Below are positions 1 through 11,951 of a DNA stretch of 64,000 bases, piece by piece. Under the pieces are notes generated by a model that worked only from the letters and a program-made list of their open reading frames with translations, was not told the origin of the DNA and did not search any database. The stretch is from NCBI GenBank assembly GCA_903813345.2, contig CAIIXF020000001.1:20274001-20338000 (forward strand). The letters run 5' to 3'. How positions within the stretch are numbered: the first letter of the stretch is position 1; every line of letters starts with the position of its first letter. The translations under genes were made by a program, and so were the position numbers. The DNA is from Owenia fusiformis. Its lineage: Eukaryota.

Positions 1-2290
1 GATATGAGGGATCATTATTTCACTGAATATACAGATCATATGCAAATCCCGAAAATCCTAAAGTGTATACTGGACGAAACAGTTTCAGTCAAAAATCCCA
101 ATTCCCGGGCACATGTAAATCAAATTCCGCACCCCGGGACGACAATCTTTGTCAAATTCCTACCCACTTTGTCAAATTCCTACAAACTTTTGAATGGTGC
201 ATTAATGAGCATTAGTAGAGGTGTCACACTGACCCAATGACGACCCGAATCTCAGGTCAGAAGGTCTGGGCCGGGTCGGGTCACAAACAGCTACTTACCA
301 ATTTCGGGTGGGGCCGAATATTCATTATCGTTTATTTTTGTAAAATGCTTTATATTCCCAGTAAAGTTTTCGAACTTCTAGCTGGCCTATTTCTTGTATA
401 CATATTCACAGGCTGGTATCGAAAAAATTGTCCGCTGTGATGGAGCGTGCTATTTTGCATAGAAACACTAGAAAATCCACACAATTTATTTTTTTACTCG
501 TACGTATTGCTATATCAAAAAAATTACCTACTCCATGCAATGGATATATCATTTGCCTGTAACTTTAACTTCTGTTTGAAGTCCAACAACGCTAGGAGTA
601 AAAGTTTTTGAAAACGGCGTCCGAGTATCATACTCCAAAATGTACCATTTCTTTTATTTCTTTTTAATGGTACAATATAATGACACAATAATATTTACAT
701 ATGTTTTCAGCATAACTCTGAAGGTATTAATGAGATCTAGATGTATTGGTTATTTCTATTTTTTTAAATAAAAAATAATGTTTAAATTTTTTGTCGGCTG
801 TGACGGAGCACTTTCAAATCTGAAATACGTTAAGAATTTAATTGCAAATTATATCTTTTACAACTACTTAGAGGAGCGAACGTTTCATATCTCTTTCGTA
901 ATGTATTCCGAAAGATTAAACGTAATAAAAGTACACAATTCAAATTCTGAGATGTATATATACTACCAGCTTTTTTCTCAGTTTTTTTCTCAGCCGGCGT
1001 TTCAGTTGAGGAAATCTAGTCAAAGCACTAGAACATTTTGCATAGTTATCTTGACACTATAAAGACACCATGACACTTAAGACATCAGTTTAAATATGAA
1101 CTTACAGTTAAAGAGTGTATTAGTACGTGTAACACATATTTAAAATGAGTATAGTTCAATTGTTAAAGATATTGCTGTGTTACTATCTACTAGAAATATA
1201 TATGCTTGCGTCAAATATATTTTGCATCAGAAATACAAAGTTATAATCAATTACGAGGACTCATGTTTTGGACTAACATGTATATCTACCCTTTTTATTG
1301 GCTCACACAGTGAGCCTATGGGATTGACCAGGCGTTCCCAAGTTCGCCCGGTTTCCGAGAAATTGCGGATTTTGACGTCAAAAAGTCAAATTTTCTGTAA
1401 ATACTAGACACTTTGTTGAAGTAGAACTTTCAAATAACTTTTAGTAGTTGGTGTATATGCAACTTATGTCCTCTGAAGATTTCAAAGCTCTCGGAATTAC
1501 GGTTTTTGGTTTTTACTCTATAAAATTTGAAAAAAAGTAGGACTTAGTCATTTTCAGGAAACTTTCTCATGTATAAAGTCAATGGCAGGTTTTGTGATTG
1601 ACAAGATTCTTAAAGTTTGCCTTATACTTGATCATTTCCTGCAATAAATTACATCATTAATAGATTCAAGCATTCCCTACATATTTCTCAATATATGTCA
1701 GCATCAAATTTCTACGGTTTTTGAGATATTTGACGTCAAAAAACAGTAAAAATAAGTTATTTTTCAACTTGCTTCAATTTGACCAAATATTTTTTTGAAA
1801 ATCATCTACAAGTTGCCAGGAGTTCAAATCTGACATTAGTTCTAGGATTTGACCTTTACCTGACCTTCAGTGACCTTCAAAAGGTCAAAAAAGTTGATTT
1901 TTCAAATTGATTTTTGGTATAAATTTTGGTCAGCTTAATCACAAAAGACCTTACTGAGCTCTGAATAAGTAAAATTTTCAAGGTCAAAGGTCATCAAACT
2001 AGGTCACACAACTATGCTATCTAAGTTTCTTAAAGTTCGAGACTACAAATCCAAATCAATATTTTTGTTTGAAAGTCAGGATATAAATTCCTCTGAAGGT
2101 TCCAAACTGTGTGAGCACAGGACCGTGGGTCCTTCATTAACCCAAAACCTGACAACGTCATTTTGATAACTTAAAGCACTTGAAATGTCGATCCCATTGT
2201 AAGTTAAGAGGTAAACAGTTTACCCTCAGAACGTACTACTCATTTGACGTTAATGCCAGATAGGCCAAAATGAAATCTCATGATTGAATC

Positions 2291-3986
2291 TTGAAGAACG
2301 TTTGTGAACCTCCAAGTGTTCCGGGTTAGCCAAGTATTCCGACTCTTGCTGAAGTATTCTGACTTGGCCCAAGTATTCTGGGTTTACTTATTTTATCAAA
2401 TACAGGGTGATCAATAAATAAGGTAAAAGTATCTGGCATTTTGTAAATATTGGTCCAAACATCTTGAAATTTGGTCAGAATATACCTTGTACATTTCTGA
2501 ATTAAAACATATAAATATATAACTTCTGCCATCTGATTTGTTAATATTATAGTTACTATGGCAGCTGGAGTCGGGGGTACCCGGGGCAATTTCATTGCGT
2601 CCAATTTGAATAAAAAATGATAAAAAGCACATCTTTTTCAAACTGAAAAGAAATAAACGTTGGTGCCAGCATTTATTGTTTTAATACTTTGTTTCCATTG
2701 TTACATATTTTCTTCCAAATTTGATGTTTGATGTCACGGAAAAGATAAATATATAATGAAAACTGATGTGGTCATATAGAGTCTATGACACAGGTCAATG
2801 ATGAAAACAATCCCCACAGAAGAGATTTGATGAGAGCAAAGAGGAAGAAGCTAAGGGGCCTGCAAAACGTTTCACATTGCACTGGGGATAATGCTCCGTC
2901 TCACAATGCTATTCTCACGGTACAAACCATTGAAGCACTGGGTTTCCCACTGTAAGGTCATGTACTATACTCGCCTGACTTATCCCCTTATGATTATACC
3001 GCCATGCCGGTGAGCTGAAGAGGGAGTTGAGAGAGTTTCTCATGGGATAACTTGAAGTCAGCCGTCTTTTGCAGTCTATGGGAAAATGGGTTTAAAAAGT
3101 GTTCAAAGACTGGAGTAGTAGACATGAACTATATATAATGTTAAAAACAAAGGACATTAAGTAGCAGTTATGGAGTATGAAATAAGAATATGATATGCCA
3201 TTTTAATTGTGATTTTAAAAATATTATCAAAAGTGTTTCGACTCAAAATTTAGTTTTTTGATAGTTGCCCCGGGTCTTCATGCTTTCTGTTGCTATGGCA
3301 ACCATAACTTCAACCAATCACATCACTTTGATCTGTAACTTATTATATCAATTCAATAATGTTTGAACATTATTCTGTGCTAATTTTATGAGGATTGGGT
3401 AAAATCTGAAGAAATGCCAGATACTTTTACCTTATTTATTGATCACCCTGTACACTCGATACGGTGATTTTCAATTTATAATATCAATTTTAGGTTTCTT
3501 CAAACATGACTGTTGAAATTAAGCGAATGAAACCACTTATAATGTGGCTGCCTCGTTCACAAAAGGCTTTCCATTTATTCATATAAACTAACAGGGTACC
3601 CATTGGGAATGTAAAATCCCCGGTTGTTCGACTTTTGAACCATGGGACACTCCTGAGCAATAGAATATTTAGACAGAATATATTAATATAATTAGGCTGG
3701 ATCTAATTTTGGAAAATGGGCCTTTAGAAAAAATGGGCCTAGATTTTAAAAATTGGGTCCATATTTTTAAAAATTGGGTCAAAAATTTCAACGAGTCAAC
3801 ATTTTAGGACTCTCTTTTTTTATCCTAGCATTTTTCCAGCAAGATTTTATTTTTTGAACCCTCTCTTGTGAATTATAAGATCATAACATAAGCGATCTCG
3901 GAACACTTGGGTTGTCAGAACAGTTGGGCAAAATTCAGAACACTTGGGTAGCCCAGAACAGTTGAGCTTCCACAAACGTTCTTCAA
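2291..3986. mobile_element. TIR element interrupted by a mariner
   Basis: TTGAAGAACGTTTGTG ... CACAAACGTTCTTCAA terminal inverted repeats, with subterminal CCAAGTRTTC-type repeats. Confidence 0.6.
2403..3450 (+). mobile_element. Decayed mariner (Tc1/mariner) DNA transposon
   Basis: TIR CAGGGTGATCAATAAATAAGGTAAAAGTATCTGGCATTT at both ends, TA on both flanks. The internal remnant near 2875-2997 translates to DNAPSH...GHVLYSPDLSPYDY, matching the mariner HDNA..H and YSPDLAP.D motifs, with stops and frameshifts. Confidence 0.9.
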
Positions 3987-4898
3987 CTTAAGTTACACAT
4001 ATTTAAGGTTATTATTTTTATGTGGTAAAAGGTTATATATCTGTCGGAATGCAGGATATCCGTGCGCTATTTCAAATAAATTTGCATTAGCCCTTTTGCC
4101 ATTACACGTGACATTCCAAGATGTCTTGGGAAAATGTATTAGAACTATCATGTTGAGTTTACACCATGTTGATTTCAGTGCAAACCTCCAAAAATGCTAA
4201 AAGAGCGGTCGTTTTTATATCTCAGATTTACATTAGGCCTACCCCAGATCTCCTAGACTACTTGTCATAATTTAGGAAAGTGATTTGAGACATTCTCTCC
4301 TCTAGGCCTAGGGGTACTTTTAAAAGATTTGAATCTTAAATTCTTAACGCATTTCAGATTTTAAAGTGCTCCATCAGCCTGTGATATTAGCCTATATAGA
4401 TCACAAATAGAAAACAGTTCTTTAACGATTTAATGCTAAGTTTCTATTATTTTTCCTTTATCAAAGCATGATATGCAATAATGCTGGCTTAAACAGTCTT
4501 TTAATGTGGCGTGTATTCATTCAGCCATTTCAGATATTAATATTAAATTCATTTTTCTGATTTTTCTGACCCAACCCGAAATTACCCGACCCGCAAACTT
4601 TTTTTCTAGCCCGACCCAATCCAAAGAATATCTAACCTGTGACACCAGCTCTAGTATTTAGCACATGTTCCTTCCAGTTTGCTGATTGGTTGAGAAAAGG
4701 TCAGTGTGGCAGATTTGAAATGATTTGTGACACAGGCTGTCACAGGCACTGGCTGTGTATGTACATGTATCTACCCTGAACAGCATTGATCGCAAATTTT
4801 TTGAACACCCTGTAGAAAGTATCAAATATAATATGTAGCACAGTATTGCTAAATGATTTATGAAAACTACATTCATAATTAAGTGCTACACCTTTTAG

Positions 4899-5087
4899 AT
4901 ATCATCAAATCTACAAGAGGCTCATGACTGGTTCAAGGTGAAGTTTGAAAGTCTTCAGGCTGACTTGAAGTCATCTAAAGACAGCCAATCAGAGTTAGAA
5001 CGCGTCAATGCAGAAAAAGACCACATGTTACAGGAAGAGAAATTTAAGGCAGAACAGATGGCTAAGAGAGCTCAAGAAATGATAAGA
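4899..5087 (+). CDS. Internal coding exon of a coiled-coil protein gene (CCDC150-like), penultimate coding exon
   Basis: ttttag| acceptor and |gtaaga donor, 189 nt, phase 0-0. ISSNLQEAHDWFKVKFESLQADL resembles my recollection of the CCDC150 C-terminal motif (LEEAHRWFK.RFDGLQ). Upstream exons are not seen in the window. Confidence 0.75.
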
Positions 5088-5216
5088 GTAAGATACCTTG
5101 TAGTATTAACTGATGCATATACATTTTTAAAATGCACATCTAGAGAATTTCATAAAATATTGCTGGAAGCCATTGTTGAATATCCATCAGTAAGACAAAT
5201 TTTATCAGATAAATAT

Positions 5217-6023
5217 CACAGGCTGGTATCGAAAGATTTGTCCGCTGTGACTGAGCATGTTATTTTTCATAAAAACACTAAGAAAACCACACAATTTATT
5301 TTTAACTCATATGTTTCGTTATATCAAAAAAACTTCTTACTCCATGCAATGTATATTTCATTTGCGAGTAACTTTCACTTATGTTTGAAGGCCTATAATG
5401 CTAGGAGAAAAAGCTATTGAAAATAGCGCCGGAGTATCATACTCCAAAATGTTACGTTTATTTTTTATTTTTTTAATGGCACGATATAATGACATGATAA
5501 TATTTACATATGTTTTCATCATAACTCTGAAGGTATTAATGAGATATTGATGCATTGGGTCTTTTTAATTTTTAATAAAAAATTATGTTTATTTTTTGTC
5601 CGCTGTGACGGAGCAGTTGCAATGTGAACTGTTAAACTGCTCCGTCACAGGGGACAAAAGATTTATAAACATTATTTTTTATAAAAAATTAAAAAGACCC
5701 AATACTTCCAGATCTCATCAATACATTCAAAGTTATGCTGAAAAAATATGTAAATATTATTGTGTCACTATATCATGCCATCAAAAAGTTAAAAATGAAA
5801 TGGTACGTTATAGAGTATGATACTCTGGCGCTGTTTTCAATAGCTTTTACTCATAGCATTATTGGACTTGAAACAGAAGTGAAGGTTACCCACAAATGAT
5901 ATATCCATTGCATGGAGTAAGTTATTTTCTTTGATATAACGAAACATATGAGCTAAAAAATAAATTGTTAGTTTTCATAAAAATAGTATGCTCCATAGAC
6001 AAATCTTTCGAGACCAGCTTGTG
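5217..6023. mobile_element. Fold-back MITE with CAC termini and 5-bp TSD (Transib-like)
   Basis: Two inverted arms of about 400 bp meet near 5625. Ends CACAGGCTGGTATCGAAAGATTTGTC / GACAAATCTTTCGAGACCAGCTTGTG. AATAT duplicated at 5212-5216 and 6024-6028. Confidence 0.85.
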
Positions 6024-6129
6024 AATATCATATTAAAGAAGATTGGTCATTTTATGAACACTATGAACAATATCGTAAAACCCTGACATATTCAAGACAT
6101 ATACAGTAAACTCTTTCAATACATAATAA

Positions 6130-6300
6130 CATCATTGCCAACTGTGCGAGTTTTGCCATGTGAACATAGAAACTTGCGACCACATCATCTTTAATTGTGA
6201 CTGTACAAAACAGTTTTGGAAATCAATTATAGATAATACTTTAAAAGATCTCGACATTTTTTCTCTGCTTACAGTATTATTTGGTAACCCAAAATAATAA
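6130..6300 (+). mobile_element. 3' remnant of an L1/Tx1-type LINE ORF2 (C-terminal zinc knuckle)
   Basis: Translates to LCEFCHVNIETCDHIIFNCDCTKQFWKSI, the Cx2C..ET..H....C......W motif. Confidence 0.65.
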
Positions 6301-7099
6301 GAGAATATAATAATATAATAATTAACAAGAGCTTCCAAATCATTAAACTAAGGCATATTTAGATTGTTGTTTAAAAATGAACTGATTTTAACAGTATGAT
6401 GTTATGAGTGGTGAATGTGGGTGAATGGGTAATTTTCACATTTTTGTATACATTTTAAAGGACAAGTCTCGGTTTGGAGAACAGTCTACTGGGCTTATAT
6501 TATAATTTTTTTCATGAAAAATATAGAAATATCACCCAAATTAAATTCTGAATATTCAAAAAATTCTTCAAGATGTAAAAATATATCACAATTGTTCGAA
6601 GCAGGGGTAACGTGCAGTAGACCAATTCAATAAAATACAAGTCTCTATTTGGAGAAAGAAGTTCATCAATGTACTGGGCTAATAATGTTTTTATGAAATA
6701 TCACCCAAATAAAATTATGACTATTCCAAAGAAAACATTCAAATCTATATCATGTAAAAAAATCAAAGACTGGAATTCAAAATGGCCACCTTTTCACAAG
6801 AAAAATAACGCAACTGCAAGCACTAGTTAACAGCTTTGGTCAAACTTTTGTAGGCTAATGTCTAATGGTCATAAAACCTCTATTCAAGAAAGAAAGCGAT
6901 TCGATCAAATATGTTTTGTTTGATGGGATTTGCTACTCAGAAAGTTGTTGTATTTCTACGTTTATCATTGTATCTGAATACTCGGTCCAGAATCAAATGA
7001 TTTGCCGAGAACCTTATAAGATGCTGTTATATTTGTTTTAATAGTAGTTATCCCACTGAACGAAGTTCGAGGGGGATATAGAAAAGCCATCCGTCCGTT

Positions 7100-7935
7100 A
7101 GAAAATTAGAAAATGACAAGGAAAATATATACCCTCCTGAACTCAAACTGAACAAGGAAAATGCAAATAACGATGTAGCAACATTTCTCGACATGAAACT
7201 CACAATAGAACACAAGAAAATTACTACACAAATATATGATAAGAGAGAGGATTTTAATTTCAATATAGTTTCCTATCCAGACCTTTCGGGAAACATTCCA
7301 AGAAAACAATCATATGGAGTCTATCCGTGTCACAGATAATCAAGAGTCTGCAGTGTTGAAAAAATTGCTTCCAAAAGAATCAAGTCCTTGGGGAAAAAAT
7401 TAATATCTCAAGGATATAAGAAAGAAACACTGTCAGCATATATCAAAAAGACAATTGCTAAAAATGAATGGATACAGATAAAATACAAAAAATCAAATAT
7501 TAAAGATATGGTCAGAGTTTTAAGACTAATAAGGAAATGAGAAAAACAACAAGAATGAACAGAATCTAGATATCAGTCTCCGAAATGAGGGTAAACTATA
7601 GAAGAAAAACAGCAACAAAAACAAACATCGATAAAGACAAAGGGGAAGGGGAGTGTTACCGGTAGAAAAAGCGTTAACCCACCGACGTGTAGTCACAAGT
7701 CTGCAGACCCGACACCAAACAAGACCAAAGAAGAAAACTAATAGGGAGACAGAAGACCAAGAAAGAAGAAACTAAAGAAGACAAGAAAATAACAACAACA
7801 GAAAAAAGAAGCTAAGAAGACAAAGAGTGAAAGGAAAAGACAAATAAAATCAGAATAAGAAGGAATCAACAGCAACAACAAATAGATTTTCAAGCTGGAC
7901 TGAATGATGATGACATGAACAGCATATAAACAAGA
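7100..7935 (+). mobile_element. 5'-truncated Penelope-like retroelement (RT C-terminus plus A-rich 3' region)
   Basis: 7106-7540 translates to IYPPELKLNKEN..ATFLDMKLTI..TQIYDKREDFNFNIVSYPDLSGNIPRKQSYGVY..RVCS..KLISQGY with one disruption, typical of PLE RT/thumb. Flanked by CGTCCGTT at 7092-7099 and 7936-7943. Confidence 0.8.
7642..7710 (+). ncRNA. Putative twister self-cleaving ribozyme (circularly permuted, P5-type)
   Basis: Manual match to the twister core: P2' GGG, GA, T1' GTG ... TAA, P2 CCC, T2 AC, C-nnn-G, P4 TGTAG, T, T1 CAC, AA, T2' GT, P4' CTGCA. P1 is weak. Confidence 0.6.
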
Positions 7936-8048
7936 CGTCCGTTCATCCGTCCGTCTGTTCGTCCATCCGTCCGTTCGTCCGTCCGTTCGTGGTCGTGATC
8001 GTGGTCGTGATCATCCCGCTTTTTGTCATCGCCGTTTAGGAAAACTGC

Positions 8049-8823
8049 TTCACCACCCTTAGATATCTCATCAAATAAATGTCAAAAATATATTGGTCCC
8101 TGGAAATCTCCCTCGTAATATATTACTTGACAAATCTATCATTTCTAATTGGGGCATATTGTGGGAAAACCCAGGTTCAGTTGCAAATATTCCATTTTCT
8201 GCTAGAACCATCTTCTTCAAATGGCAGTGTTTGAAATATCGCAAATGTTTGTTTTCTAGCACAAAGGGCATGAGGGTAATTTGTTTATATATGATCGCCT
8301 CAATTGTTGAATTTTGTAGACCTTCAAATGCATCAAATAAAGCTATTCTGGAATCAAGTTTTGATTCATCCCCCAGACCATTGACTTGAATTGTGCGTAT
8401 ATTTTCCAATGGCTTGTAAACAAGTTTGTGAAAAGACTCTGGTTTGAAAGGATTTTTACCTATCATAAGATACTGCAGATTTACAAGTCCAGTAAATGTA
8501 TGGTTTCCAAAAATAGCTATTTTGTTCAGATCAATGTCCAACACTTCCAAGTTCTGATATAGTTGTCCTAACAACCCATCAGGCAAATGAGTTATGCAAT
8601 TATTATATAGTCTAAGGACTGTTATATCTCTTGGTAACTCTTGTGGCAATGACGCAATATTTCTTGATGAGCAATCGGCAGTGAGGCCAACACAGTCACA
8701 CACTTGACAGCTGCTTTTGTGTTTTGATTCCAATGCATTTCTAGAAGCAGATATTAAGTTTCCATAAACATGTACCAACAAAGATATCAGAAGACAAGCT
8801 ATCATCAGCTGGTATGAAATCAT
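8049..8823 (-). pseudogene. Truncated Toll-like receptor paralog (signal peptide, LRRNT and N-terminal LRRs only)
   Basis: The 250-aa ORF is paralogous to the adjacent TLR. A frameshift near 8085 gives a premature stop at 8071; homology (DIYLMRYLRVVK vs EIYFMIHLKVVK) continues to about 8049, where a HINE element begins. No TM or TIR. Confidence 0.8.
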
Positions 8824-9663
8824 TGTTCTAATATTCCTCAGTACTTAAAATTGAAATTCAATTGGGATTCAATTTTTGTCTTGTTTATATATGTATTTGA
8901 ATTGTACATGTAATTTGGACCCATTAATTATAGAAAATAAAAGGAAGTAGCAAAAACAGGAAGAATGAAACCTCATTTTATCAAAAGAAATCTTCCTGTT
9001 TTATGACATTGTGAACACTGTAATCTTAAAAGATATTGTGATATTGACTTTGGCTATCAGCCCTTATGTATTAGCAAAGTTCAGTCTGGTGACATTGTTC
9101 CATCCACCTACTTTTCTGTTAGACAGCATGCTGAGATGGAAACAATTTCTCAAAGTCATTGCTTGGCACATTGACCACTGTCCACAGAAGAACATTCATA
9201 ACTAGATATATTTGAAAAAGTTATTGTGTTAGATTGACATAAAAGTATTTTTACAGCCATAATTCCAGACATAAAGGCAATCGAATACTGCAAATACAAT
9301 TCAATTACATGTAGTAATATTAGACTAAACTGATCAAAGCCATGATATGTAAAATCTTAATCTTGGCTTATACATGGAATATAGGATTACTTATATAATA
9401 ACATTATCAAACCAAGTTAGTGAGAGAGTTAAAAATGTCAGATTTTTAACAGGTTCATTAGGAATCCTGATTGCAACTCCTATATGTTTTGTTTATAAAC
9501 TTTATGTGTCACTGACGTTAATGGTTAACAGAATCAAGGATATGAGTTCAGGTCGAACTTAAATATCATAGAGTATCATTAAGTTTTTAACTTCTCATCA
9601 AATGTATAGAGGGTCAATTTCTCAATAGGTCAATCTACAAATCTACATGTAGATAGTGTTTCA

Positions 9664-11951
9664 TTATCCAATAAGTTTTTGTAGAACTTCATTGTCACCA
9701 TCATTACTCTGGTATAAATACTGGCTGTCTTCATCTCCCTGGTATCTTGGGTCACCAAGAGCATCTTTCATCTTCCTCCAGAACAGCTGTTTCCTGTCAT
9801 CATCCTCACTCCACTCCAGGTACACCTGGGTCTCAAGTAGTGAACGTAGAGTGGGTGTGATCAGCTCTGGGGGTAGGACATCCACAGGCTCTTTTAGTAT
9901 CAATATCAAACAGTCTCGCCCCCTGGTAGCAAGCTCACCTCTGGCAAGGTTCATTTCAAATGTGCACCAACCACTTCGGAGAAAATTATGGCTGATAATC
10001 AGAATTATTTTGTTGCTTTTGCTGATGCTTTCAATGATAATGTCAGCAATGTAAGCACCTGGCATGAAGTTGCGGTCATCTATGCATATATTATAGTTGT
10101 ATTTATCTGCTAGATGTGCATATATGTTGGTCAGTGCCCAGTTTTTGTCCAGAGAGCTGTAACTCATAAATCCATCAAAGTCAAACTGAAAATCAACCTG
10201 TTGATGACGTCTGAGTAATGCCCTTATAAGAAGGGCTAGATAGTGTATTTTGTATCTACGCCTGTAGATACAGATAACAAGCACACTGCCTAGAACAACA
10301 AGTCCAAAAGATACCACAGGTGGAATTATCATAGCCTTCCAGCAATCCCATTCCATCCCAGGTAACAAAATGTCATTGATTGCCACTTCTGAGCCATTGA
10401 TGTGAATACATGTTACTTCTTGCCATTTGTAGATGTTATAACTATGTGTCTGCATCCAGTCTATAAGCTTGAAAGAATCACAGTTACAGATCAAAGGATT
10501 ATGTCTGATGTCTATTGTCAAATTCGTTCTTGATGTTCTTATTAGTTCATCAATTTCCTTTCTTTTGTTCTCTTCAATAGCATTTAAATGATTGTTTGAT
10601 ATATTGAGCAGTCTCATTGATTTAAGCTGTTCCAGTAATATTGTGATCTGTTTCATTTTGTTACCACTTAAGTTGAGAATTTCAAGTCCTGTTGTGTCAA
10701 CAAAGGCCTTTGCATCAATATCTGTAATATCATTGTATGACACATCAATTAGTTGCAGTTGGGAACAGTTTCTGAAGATGGTGGAAGAAGAATTGGAGGA
10801 ATGAAGTATTGCTCTGTTGTTGGCCAAGTCAAGATATTGTAGTCTTTCAAAGTATCCAGTCTCACATGTGAAGAATTCAGGTGCAATTATGCAGTCATTA
10901 TCACTATATACAAGTCTTTCCAAATTAACCAGTCCTTTCAGTGCTCTGCCTATATAAGTGGTGATAAAACTAGCAGAGGCTTCAATGATCTTGATGTTAT
11001 TGTTTCGTTGAAACCTTATTCCATATGGTAAATGACAAGGGGTATAATCCACATTACTCTCTCTCAGATGTACCTCAATGAGGCCCCCAGGAAGAGCCCA
11101 TTCATTTTCACTCATTCTTTTAGAAAATGGGACATATGGATTGTTTTTTTGGAATGAACCTTGACTGTTGCCTTCTATTTTCACAACCTTTAGATGTATC
11201 ATAAAGTATATTTCCAAAAGCACACCCCTGGTCACTGGAAGTACCCCTCTTATTATATTCTTTGACAAATCTATTGTTTCTAAATAGGGCACATATTTAA
11301 AAATCCCTGGTTCAATTGCAAATATTCCATTATCTGTTAAAACCAGGTTTTTCAAATGGCAGTGCTCGAAATATTGAAAATGTTTCTTCTGTAGCATAAA
11401 AGGCATGAGTGTTATATAGTTATATGTGATAGTTTCAATTGTAGAATTTTGTAGACCTTCAAATGCATTGAACAAAGCTATTCTAGCATCAAGTGTTGAT
11501 TCATCCCCGTGCCAGTTCACATGGATGGTGCGAATATTTTTTAATGGCTTGTAAACAAGTTTGTGAAAAGACTCTGGTTTGAAAGGATTTTTACCTATCA
11601 TAAGATACTGCAGATTTACAAGTCCAGTAAATGTATGGTTTCCAAAAATAGCTATTTTGTTCAGATCAATGTCCAACACTTCCAAGTTCTGATATAGTTG
11701 TCCTAACAACCCATCAGGCAAATGTGTTATGCAATTATTATATAGTCTAAGGATTGTTATATCTCTTGGTAACTGTTGTGGCAATGACTCAAGATTTCTT
11801 GATGAACAATCGGCACAACACAGTCACACACATTACAGCTGCTTTTGTGTTTTGTCTCCAATGCATTTCTAGAAGCAGATGTTAAATTTCCATTGATAGG
11901 TACGAAAAGACATGTCAGAAGAAACGCTATTTTCAAGTTGTAGGAAGGCAT
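9664..11951 (-). CDS. Toll-like receptor, single-cysteine-cluster type, intronless; frameshifted near the 5' end in this sequence (possible null allele or pseudogene)
   Basis: Signal peptide and LRRNT lie in ORF 11757-11951. LRRs, LRRCT (NPLICNCD..WM..C), TM helix and TIR (FDGFMSYS, CIDDRNFMPG, FWRKM) lie in ORF 9664-11784. The two frames join if the 7 bp GTGAGGC present in the paralog is restored between 11815 and 11816, giving 764 aa. Confidence 0.92.

Larger units (their letters stand above)
407..4383. mobile_element. CAC-terminal TIR element with 5-bp TSD (Transib-like, non-autonomous), carrying nested insertions
   Basis: Starts CACAGGCTG, ends CAGCCTGTG, flanked by ATATT at 402-406 and 4384-4388. 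The left arm is a copy of the 5217-6023 family. Confidence 0.65.
216..4654. mobile_element. Outer hAT-like non-autonomous element, host of a nested TE stack
   Basis: Ends TAGAGGTGTCAC... and ...GTGACACCAGCTCTA are imperfect inverted repeats, with subterminal ACCCGA/TCGGGT motifs at both ends. No clean TSD. Confidence 0.45.
7048..8049 (+). mobile_element. 5' part of a HINE-type (Helentron-associated) element, split by a Penelope-like insertion
   Basis: TTATCCCACTGAACGAAGTTCGAGGGGGATA hairpin end (same end, reversed, at 41811-41841), then a (TCCG)n microsatellite resuming at 7936 and sequence shared with 12830-12896. Confidence 0.65.

Noticed and set aside
1300-2117. Exact RSS heptamer CACAGTG at 1306
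   Set aside because: It lies inside a longer inverted end (GCTCACACAGT/ACTGTGTGAGC), with no nonamer or 5-bp TSD; an ordinary TIR element is more likely.
5088-5420. C-terminal part of the 160-aa ORF 4938-5420
   Set aside because: It runs past the GT donor at 5088 into intron and MITE sequence.
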